NCBI GenBank assembly: GCA_012295275.1
Contig: CM022665.1
Coordinates: forward strand, 29,326,001-29,390,000
Reading direction: 5' to 3'
DNA length: 64,000 nucleotides
Source of the DNA: Chrysomallon squamiferum
Lineage: Eukaryota; Animalia; Mollusca
How positions within the stretch are numbered: position 1 is the first letter of the stretch; the number at the start of each line of letters is the position of its first letter. The position numbers and the translations under genes are program-made. Below are positions 52,701 through 64,000 of the stretch, one piece after another. Under the pieces are notes generated by a model. That model saw nothing but the letters and a program-made list of their open reading frames with translations, had not been told where the DNA came from and did no database searches.

Positions 52701-53695
52701 GGTTTGTGTGTATTAACTGAATGTGTGTAACTGAACAACTTAGTTTGACAGAGGTGTTTCTTTCTGCAAAGCTGGTTTAGTGCTAGCCGGTGGTATCATT
52801 GTTCGTGTGATGATGATGCTCACTGACCCAGACTGCTAATATTTCTTAACAGGTTTTGTGAATCATAAGGGATGCTTCATCTTAGGCACATAAATATAAC
52901 AGGTTTCTTCTAAACTTCTTGGTGTATTTGTTGTATTGATATTTATGTTCTTTCTAGCCTTCATTTAATGATTTGACTACTACAGTTACTAATTTAACAA
53001 TGTGCTTTTTAATCATGCTAATTAATTATCTCAGTGTCAGAGGCCTACAACTTAGTTTTATTCTTGTAAAAAGTTTGAGTATAATTATTAAATCATGTAA
53101 TGGCCACACTTCTAAGTTGTGCTATTCTGTACAGACTACTGTAATTTCAATTTGTTAAAAGCAGTAAACAACTTGAACAACAATTAATCAACAGTTTATA
53201 ACTAATCTTTAAAGGGATCAGCAACGTACCAAACAATTACATTATTTTTTGACACAACAGGTATGAATGCACATTTGGTTTGTTTATGGTATTTATTTTA
53301 TTTTATCCATGTTAAAATTTGATGAAGGCTTTGAACAAACAAAAATTTTAGTAATCTTTTGAAAATGTGGTTTGTATATTACTGTTATTTCTTTTTGTCA
53401 AATGAACAGGATTGGTTTTTTTGGTTTTTTGTTTTTTTTAAATCAATACAATAACGTGTGATTTGTTTTGACTGTAGTGAATTAACAATAAATGATTAAT
53501 ATGAAACAAGACTAAATTGAAATTTCATCTTTTCAGTTAGAAAAGGAAATTAAAGAGAAAGAAAGATTATCATTTATTAATCCAGAATTATCATTACAAG
53601 AAAAACAGAAGGGGAATGAGTTATTTCAACAAGGTAAAAATTTGATCTTTAATGGTATCATTTGTTGTCTTGGTCATATTTTAAAATCTGTCCAT

Positions 53696-53729
<34 letters not shown>

Positions 53730-54659
53730 AAATCTACTGTCATCAAATGCATTATTAAAACTACTTACAGATACCTCAAAAGTTCTGATTATACAGAAGT
53801 TCATTTTTATAAATGTCAAAAATAGAAATTTCTCCCATTTTCAGGAAAATTTCCAGAAGCAGCAAGGTGTTACACTGAAGCCATTAAGAGGAATCCTGAT
53901 GATGCAAAACTGTACAGTAACCGTGCAGCATGCTACACAAAACTGATGGAGTTTGAGCTAGCCCTCAGAGACTGTGACATGTGCATAAAACTTGATCCCA
54001 AATTCAGTAAGTATTAGTCATATTAAATCTGATACAAAAGAATTAAAACTTGAAGAAGAAACAATGCTATTCATTAAAATGAACCATTTTGTATATATTG
54101 AATGTTTGGTGGGGTTTTTTGTTCTGTTTTTTTTTTTTTTCCCTGGGTGTCTGAATGCTACAGATACAAGCACATTATCCTGGATTGTTCATATATTGTC
54201 AGGCATTCTGATTTATAGCTGTACGTGAAATATTTTACAGAATGGGATTAAAAAAAACTTTATTTTATTTTATTTATTTAATAATCCGTTTTACCAACAC
54301 TAGAAATAAATATAATTCATTTTAATATGTTCTTCTAACATTATGTAGTGAAGAGATACATTTAAAGGTTTTTAAAAAAGCTAAGAATATTAAGGAACTT
54401 GGAATTAATAATTTGATTTAGAATATGGTTGTATATCAGTCTATTAATTGTCGGATAACTGGTTGCATTATGAAAAAAATTTGATTTTAAATGACAGTTA
54501 AATTCACTAGTAATACACATAATATAAATATTTTGTTTTGTAATAGTCAAAGGTTACTTGAGAAAAGGAGCTAGTTTATTGGCTATGAAGGAGCCAGCTA
54601 AAGCAGCATCAGCTTTTCAGAAAGCACTCGACCTTGACGCCAGCTGTCAGGTATTTTTC

Positions 54660-54707
<48 letters not shown>

Positions 54708-55326
54708 GTTTTTTATAGTAAATATAAATTTTTAGGATAAATAAAAAATAAAATACACAGCAATAGAAGAAAAGATTTTAAAATACATTTGGATAAATCT
54801 GGTAAAGGTCAGTTTTGGGGCTTTTTTTTTTTTATTTTTTTTTTTAGGGTCATTAAGATGTTTTTTTCTTCTTCTTTCTTACAGGAAGCTATTGATGGTT
54901 ACAGAAAGGCGATGTTGGCAGAGAACAGTGATCCCGATGCAGTGAGAAAACGAGCTATGGCTGATCCAGAAGTACAGCAGATTCTTCAAGACCCTGCTAT
55001 GAACATGATCTTACAGCAGATGACCAAGGAACCTGACGCAGTTAGAGAGTAAGTTCTTACTACAGTAATTGTTTACATGCAAAATTTATTATCCTTTTGG
55101 AGATTTTATTCTTCTGTCTTTTTTGTTTTTTCCCTCTTTTGTTTTCCTTTATTTTTATTGGGTGGGGGGTAACTGTTATAAGAAAGGTAAAATTTTTTAC
55201 TAAATAGCCATACATTGAGATTTTATAACAATACATTAAATTTTATTTTGCAGACATCTGAAGAACCCTGCTATTGCTGCAAAGATACAAAAACTGATGG
55301 AAGTTGGAATTATCGCAATTCACTGA
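46235..55326 (+). CDS. STIP1: Stress-induced phosphoprotein 1 (Hop/Sti1 Hsp70-Hsp90 organising protein), 13 coding exons (~559 aa)
   Basis: Exons 46235-46258, 49376-49585, 49859-50000, 50191-50341, 50617-50818, 51510-51636, 51991-52093, 52344-52464, 53537-53633, 53845-54006, 54547-54650, 54885-55048, 55254-55326 (1680 nt). Domains: TPR1 ([19 protein letters not shown]), DP1 ([15 protein letters not shown]), TPR2A ([40 protein letters not shown]), TPR2B ([16 protein letters not shown]) and DP2 ([34 protein letters not shown]). Confidence 0.97.
52766..52904 (+). ncRNA. Candidate intronic H/ACA-type snoRNA in STIP1 intron 8
   Basis: Sense-strand two-hairpin island. Hairpin 1: cggtggtatcattgttcg/tgatgatgatgctcactg. 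Hairpin 2: ttttgtg..taagggatg/catctta..cacataaa, followed by ACA (52899-52901). No canonical ANANNA H box between the hairpins. Confidence 0.35.
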
Positions 55327-57508
55327 CCAGACAATGACCTATGAAAAATAATAAATCTTCTCATTGTTTTTTTCTTCATTAATAATTCCACTGTGCTGAT
55401 TCATTTTTTCATTCATGTATATCTGACTTGTCTTAGTATAAGTAATATACTGAACCACTGTAATTTGCTAGTTTGCAAGAAATAAAATAAGAAACTGGTT
55501 CTTTTTACATATTGCTGTCTTGCTGATCAATGTTTTGGGTCCAAAAAAAAAACAAATCATTAATATTGTGAGTTCCTTTAGTGTATTAATAATACATTTT
55601 ATATTAAAATTTGAAGACATTAAATTTTTATTTCTCTTATTTATCCAGATAAATGTTTTTGAATTTTATTAAATCATTTAATGTTGGATGCTACAGTCAT
55701 GTTTTATTGAAATTGCCATTCCTTGGCGCTTGTGTTAATATATGGATAGTATAAAATGCCTGTAAAATGTGCTTTTTCATCAGAATGATTATTTTTATAA
55801 AAAAAGAAAGTTTTATGTGATATTTTGATAGTTTTCAAAATTCTTAAGAACTGACTCATTATTATTAATCAGAAAATAACATTGATTTCTGTGTTTAGTG
55901 CTAATAAAATAATCAGGTGTTTAAGGAATGTCTATCAAATTTAAGTGGTGTTTGGATTTCATTATTGAAATTACACCACAAAAAAATTAATGGATGTTTA
56001 CTTCAGACTTTCTGTTTAATAAGTAAAGTTTATTCAATAAAAGTTCATTTCTATCACAGTATATCAAAAATTTTATTTTTAATTTGCTCAAGGTTGTTTT
56101 TTTTGTTGTTGCTTTTTTCTTTCATAAATTTGGCCATTTAATAACATTATTTCAGAACAAAACCTGTTCTTAAATGATACGAGTAAATAATACTTTTATT
56201 GTGACCAAACTGTATATAAAAATGCTTTAATCTGGAAGATAATATAACTGAAGACCAATGTTTTGTTTAAATATTTGTGGTCTTACTACAGTTAAGGGCA
56301 TTACCTTGCCTGTCCACAAGTTTGAAAGAACAGCTATTTTTAATTTACATTGAAATGGTGATCTTAAAATAAGATGTTTCATGTATTAATGATAAATGTA
56401 CACTTCAGAAAAAAAAAAAAAAAAAAAAACTTAACACAAAAACAACAAAAAAAAACATCTTAGTAAAATGCAAATGGGTTGTATCAGCCTGTTAATAATG
56501 GATTGCTTGTTTTTGAAGGTTATTCGTTTTTTCCCTCTTTTAATTTTTTTTTTTTTTTTTTTTGTATATAATTATGTCAAGCATAAACATTTAGCACAGT
56601 TGGAAACATGCATGGAATTCTTGTTGATATTTGTGCAAATAATAAATTCGGTTCATATTAAATATTGTCTTGCCTTGACTCTGTTGATGTATTATACTTA
56701 TGTAGTTAGATTAACAATCTAACGTTTTATTTTAGCATTTATACATCTATATGGTAAAGAAATTATTGAACAACGCTATGCAGAAGTGAGAGCAGATACA
56801 TTCAGGGAAAATAAGCCGCTTATTTTGAAATAATTGAGTAATGAGATAATTCACTTCGTTGGAATTATGTAATTGCCAGACTTAAACTGAGTATGTGTTT
56901 GTTATTTTTTGGGTTATTTTCTTTTCTATATAGATATTTCGTACAGTACATGGGTTCTCGTATATCTAATCGCTTTCGCTTTACAGTTTTCGTGTGTTAT
57001 TCTTTCACTGGTAAAGGTACGTTATGCATAAAATATATTTTAGGGAGTTTGTTGCAACATGTTTCCGATCGCCTGACATCGTATATAATTTTATATCTTT
57101 ACAACAACGTTTCTCAAAAACTGAATACCTTATAATGACAACATCCCATCCACCCATCTGAGACGGCCACTGTCGATAATCAGCCAAGGAGTGGTTAGGT
57201 GATTTTTATTTTCGTTTCTGGTTTTCTTCTTTGATCCTGTTTAACTAATAAAGAGTATCTGCGTGCGCACATACAAACATGTAACAGGCTGACAAACGTA
57301 TAACTGGCGTTTCTTATCCGAAGATATATTTTCCAAGACCACCCGCTGGTGTGCAAAAACAACAAACGCTAAGGAGACATAATTAAAATGATGTGAATTC
57401 GCTCTATAGGTGTTCATAACTTGACACCCTAACTATAACTAAACCTGACAAACGGCTGAAACCTGTCTAAATCACACTGACTACATGCAGTATTCTTTAC
57501 CCTATCAT

Positions 57509-57545
<37 letters not shown>

Positions 57546-58396
57546 ATATCAAACATCGTTAAATAATGTGTACTATTTTGTATTCCAACGTTAATTACTA
57601 TATGTGAATGATTAACTAATTCTGAAAACATAAATCCTCCTGAAATATATATAATGTCGTAGATATGTTACACACAATAGTAGTTATTTTATCATATAAG
57701 CTATTACGTTTTGTGTTGTGGCATCAGTTCCAATAAAATAATTTATGCATTTTTTTTTTTTTTTTTTTTTACTCGCACAAGTTCAATATAAATATTTTAT
57801 AAATACCTTTGTTATTGTCTTTTTGTTATTCTGATGTTACTACGGCCCCAGAAAATAATTAGGCATTGCTCACAATCCTGATTATATCTTAACTTTTGAA
57901 TTTATCTCGGAATTACTGGCGTTTAACAAATAAACTAATAAAAAGTAAACTATGGTTTTTTTCTTTATTTCGTAAACCTGTTATAATACAATGGAAATGG
58001 ATGTATTACTCCTTGAGTACGTACTAATACTACAAAGGTCTTATGCTATACATATTGTATCAGAAAACTTTACTAAAACAAAAATAAAAATAACAATTAT
58101 TAAAAAAAGAAACCACACTTAATAATAATTTTCCCTGTTCTTATTCAAACACTGGCATCAGATATCTGCATATGTGATGACCAGTTTGTGCGAACTAAAT
58201 GCATATATCAGTAATCCCTTCGCTTTAATTTATGCCACAGTTGAAATAATCCAGATATCGTCATTCCATTTGGGACAGTATTTATTTATAATAATGCTTC
58301 TTTGCAGACATAGTAACAAAAAAGTCGCTAGGTTGTTTGATGCGTGAAATTATAACGTTCAAAATCAGTCTTGATTCAGTTTCTGAGAGGAGTGCA

Positions 58397-59395
58397 TCAC
58401 GAACTTCTTGTATCGGTTGTATTTTTATGTGCAATAACAATCAGTTTCTTGTCATAATACAGTTTATCGTAGATATTCTCTATTTTGAAAGGTGCCAACG
58501 TTAAGGCGGAGTGTACCTCTGTTGCAACAAATATAACTGGATCAGCATTGCCTTTCCTCGCTTGCTTCAGGTCTTTTCGCGCTTTTCTGATCGCTGGTAT
58601 AAGACTGGGCAATTCTACGTACATACGTTCCATTTCGGTTACATAGTCAGGCTTGTTGCAGTTTTTGCTGCAGGGCAATATCATCTCCCTCACAAGTTTC
58701 CTTGCTTCCTCACCTGATCTAAATACTGCTAACATTTCCTCGGCATTTTTCCTCGGTCTTCGTATAGATCCAATAGCTTTAGGATCACCTGCCCATAAAG
58801 TATCGCTGTCCAAATCCTTGTTTCTGGGTTTCACCAGTTCTGGTAAAGTCCTAACATTTTCAGCACAGACATGTTTCTCGTGATTTTTGCCATCTATGAC
58901 CATTTCTTCTTCTACTGGATGTGAACCTTTGATATCTGGCATTTTCGTAATGTTATCTTTTTCAGTATACTCGGATGTAATAACAGCAGGTTCATTTTTA
59001 ATATCTGTTGCGGAGTTTTCCGATAGCTCGCGTTCTGCTGTTAAAAATCTACCATTATGAAGCGGTGGGTTATTAGGTTTAATTGAGATCCTTTTGACAG
59101 TTGAATCTGACGTTGATACAAGCGAAGATACTCTTTCTCTATGTGGTTCGATGGTTTTGTTTTTCCCACTTTGAGACAACAAAACTGATCTTCGTCGGCG
59201 CCATTTCTCGTGCCTTTGCTGTGGATTTTCATTGGCAACTTTTTCAAGAAATTCTTTAACCCGGATTTCTAATGCTATATCAGCCATAACTTTCTGCATT
59301 TTTAATCCTTCAAATTTATCACTCATTCGAGCTTTGATAAAAGACTGAAGATAGGGATCGACGTCTACCATGTTGTAAGTTTTCATTCGACTCAT
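58397..59395 (-). CDS. Uncharacterised 332-aa protein (single uninterrupted ORF)
   Basis: A 999-nt ORF is far longer than chance in DNA this AT-rich. Composition is hydrophilic and protein-like, with a basic cluster KWRRRRS. An in-frame stop lies shortly upstream of the ATG. No family recognised. Confidence 0.75.
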   Translation of the reverse strand: MSRMKTYNMVDVDPYLQSFIKARMSDKFEGLKMQKVMADIALEIRVKEFLEKVANENPQQRHEKWRRRRSVLLSQSGKNKTIEPHRERVSSLVSTSDSTVKRISIKPNNPPLHNGRFLTAERELSENSATDIKNEPAVITSEYTEKDNITKMPDIKGSHPVEEEMVIDGKNHEKHVCAENVRTLPELVKPRNKDLDSDTLWAGDPKAIGSIRRPRKNAEEMLAVFRSGEEARKLVREMILPCSKNCNKPDYVTEMERMYVELPSLIPAIRKARKDLKQARKGNADPVIFVATEVHSALTLAPFKIENIYDKLYYDKKLIVIAHKNTTDTRSS

Positions 59396-62131
59396 GTTCG
59401 TTTTTTCTTTACATTCAACAAACTTGCGTTATATGATGATATAATTTAAACATTGAATTAATACAGACTACGCACATTTCTTAATATTAAAGCTATATTC
59501 AGTCTTACATCATCCACCGTAATGATTTATATGTGTTTGTAATAAATATTCGGAGCATGTAGTGCTAATCGCGGATAATCCTGATTATAAACTGCGTGCG
59601 TTAAAAGGATCAGTTCGACTGATGCATGGTATACTGTTGGTAATGTAATTAATCCCTCATTCGACAAAATTAATATCCATTTCCATTACTCAGAACGTAC
59701 CGCGAAACCCTGCATTGTTAAGACTCCGTTTTTGTTACCACTGCAAACTTGAAACCTCTTAATGAGATCAGTATTCTGGGTAGGTGTACATTACATGTAA
59801 GCCTGAGACTCATATAATGCTGGAGGCACGGTCGGCCTAGATACAATATCAACTGCCCGTACTGCTTCAAAAGGTTCCGTTTGTGCTATGTTCTGTTTAT
59901 AAATAAATCATATTTCGTCATTTGATCATTTTCAAAACTGAATGAATGACCTTCAAAAAGTTTGAATACAAGGGGTTTATTAAAACAAAGTAGCCCTATT
60001 TAATATATGTTTCGGATATTTTTCTTGAAATATAATGCTGAACTGGCAACATCTTACAAATATTTTCTAGATTTTAGTATTACACGTATATACGTATGGT
60101 GTATCTGATCGATTCCTTTGATTTTACCAGTTTACGTGTTCCATCCCAGTATGATCAGGTACTAAGGTAACATAAAAGAAAAGAGAAAAAGGAACAATTT
60201 TAGTGTCCTCCCATTTAAGTTTTTCTGTAGGGAGTATTTATATATATAAATTATTATTATTATTAATTTTATATATTTTTAAATTTTATTTAATTATTTC
60301 CTGGAGTGCAAGAAAACCTCTAATCACGTCGTCGTCGTCAAAAAGGACGATAGGAACGTATAAACTTTCAAGCTTGAAACTGGATAAAATATCAGAACTG
60401 CTGTAAAAAAAACTTCACATTTAAAGTGTTGGCCTTAAAAAGTATGTAAACTGAACAGAACTTTTAATATATATATATATATTCTTTGTGCAGCAGAAGC
60501 AATGGCACCAGGATGATGTTTGTTGGCGAGTAATCACTTGAATATGCTGGAAAAACATTGTTGTGTGAGTTTTTGACTGTATGGGTCAGGTCTTGTGAAA
60601 AATAAATACCTGGAGGCTGGAGAGGATGTTAAACTATTTTTTTATTTTTTATTTCAGATTAATATATGGATTAAAGTACATTGGTTGGAAACAGGGTGAA
60701 TGTATACCAGATAACACCCCCTCTCAGTTCCAAACAGTGACACTAACGTTTGATCCACCCGTTTTAAAATGTTTTGACATGCTGTCACATTAAATTGTTT
60801 CTAATTCCTTTAAAGAATGATACATTTGTTAAATCCTTATTACAAAATAATCATAGGATGTATTATAATATACTGTTGTTGCAAAGCACCTTTGCATAAA
60901 CAATTTTTTCAAACTAGATTTAATAAAAATAAAATAAATGTAGACAAGTGCAGTCTTCAATTCAGATTTGGCAGATTAGAATTGTTTTCAAGCTTGAAGT
61001 TTGCTGCACAATAAAGCTATTTGGCAAGGACAAACCTATTAGTTACAGAAAGACTTGACACTATTTACAAGTAAACAAGGATTTTGATTACAATATCTGT
61101 TGTGTAGCTCTATTTGACCAAAATGTTTTTCACTCAAGCAACTGCTTGTAACAATTCAGCAAGCAGTTTACAAAATGTATTAACACTATTCAACAACTGA
61201 AATTAACACTGGCAATAAAAAATTATCAAACTGAATTTTTATAATTATTGCTGCCTGAATTTTACAAGAACATTCAACCATATTTATTATTTATTGTCAA
61301 CAAGAGAGAATTAAAACTGCTGGTGAAAATAAGTTTAAAACAACAACTTCTTAAAGCAGTAGTTTATATGAATTTTCATTTGTTCACTTCTTTTGGCACA
61401 TTCCTTAATTGCTTAATGTAAACAGATAAACAATTCACTATAAAAATAAAACTACAAAAATTGAAAAAAGAATAAAACTCATATTGAAGAATTATTTTTT
61501 TTATTTTAATAGTAAAGGTGAATCAAACAAAGCAGTTCTAAGAAGAAAAAAATGCACAAACATTTCAACAGCAAATCAGGACATAATGAAAGTTTAGTTT
61601 AATCTGCCTAACTGTTCTGATTAAATAGACATATCCAGTATTCATGTGAGGATATAATTTTCTATTTTCTCCTTATGTTAATTGCAAAGGATCTTCCATA
61701 TCATAATTTGTAATGTTAATTTAATAATGAAATTTAAGTAACTTGATGCTCAGAGAAATTTTTTTAAGGATCTGTAAGAAAACTTCTTTCCAGGAATAAA
61801 TATATAAATGTGTATTTTTCAAATAAAGGCTAGTTCATGTATCACTGGATTATTGTTAACTGAAAATTTAATAACCATTTTAATTTTAGTTATGTAAACT
61901 TCTACAGTCAGCTGTTACAGATATCTATACTCTCTGACCATTTGATTAAATTTTTTATTCACTACCAAAATGATGATTAAAATGTTTTTAACAAGTTTAA
62001 ATTAAAATCAAAACTAATTTTCAAAGCGAAAAACAACAAATTTCTGCAAGATGCTCTTAAATATTATCTATGTGGATAAAAAATAATAAAGGAACAGCAA
62101 CAAATTGAATTATATAAGAAGCAGTGTGGGT

Positions 62132-63699
<1,568 letters not shown>

Positions 63700-64000
63700 C
63701 TGTAAAGGTACAGCATTGTGCAAAAATAAAAAGAATGAATGTTTGATCAAAACATGGTTATTGGATTCTTTATCCATGATTATTTCAAATAAAATTAAAA
63801 AGAACTCTACCGAAAGCTTTAAAAAAAAAATAATAATAATATAAAAAATAATATTAATAGTAATATTAATAAAAATAAATCTGGTTCATCTTTACCCAGT
63901 TATATTTTAAAAGAAGAAGAAAAGAAAAAAGAAAAAAAAAGCCATACAAAAACTGAATGCTTGTTGAGAAATATGGTGATATGAATAATTTTATATCAAA

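Noticed and set aside
57005-57187. 60-aa minus-strand ORF
   Set aside because: It has a non-ATG start, is short, and has no family similarity.
57424-57445. accctaac as a possible telomerase RNA template
   Set aside because: It is only an 8-nt match, with no adjacent pseudoknot or H/ACA domain.
59820-59860. gcacggtcggcctaga resembling the tRNA-derived head of the gastropod SINE
   Set aside because: The match is too short and degenerate, with no SINE body following.

Overview
AT-rich, intron-dense animal genomic DNA, not prokaryotic. It is probably from a gastropod mollusc, inferred from a MetaSINE/MESC-like repeat and the gene style. Most entries in the six-frame ORF track are exon fragments or noise. 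Manual splicing with GT-AG rules and phase checks gives: PRDX5 (-, 6 exons), SIVA1 (+, 4 exons), a CCDC175-like coiled-coil gene (+, 24 exons), SNX6 (-, 13 exons), a PMP22/claudin-family tetraspan (-, 3 exons), STIP1/HOP (+, 13 exons, with a perfect heat-shock element), an intronless 332-aa orphan ORF (-), and the 3' end of a catalytically dead alpha-amylase-fold SLC3 heavy chain (-). The claudin-like intron 1 carries a degraded, intron-containing SWIM-finger transposon ORF with a SINE nested inside its intron. Other notable structure: two candidate intronic structured RNAs with H/ACA-like features, a near-perfect ~130-bp (TA)n-centred palindrome, a ~275-bp tandem duplication in the SNX6 promoter, and gene content matching the human 11q13/14q paralogon. 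I found no convincing new multi-gene system; the best novelty candidates are the structured RNAs, the nested transposon relic and the orphan ORF. All homology calls are from recalled family motifs, not database searches.
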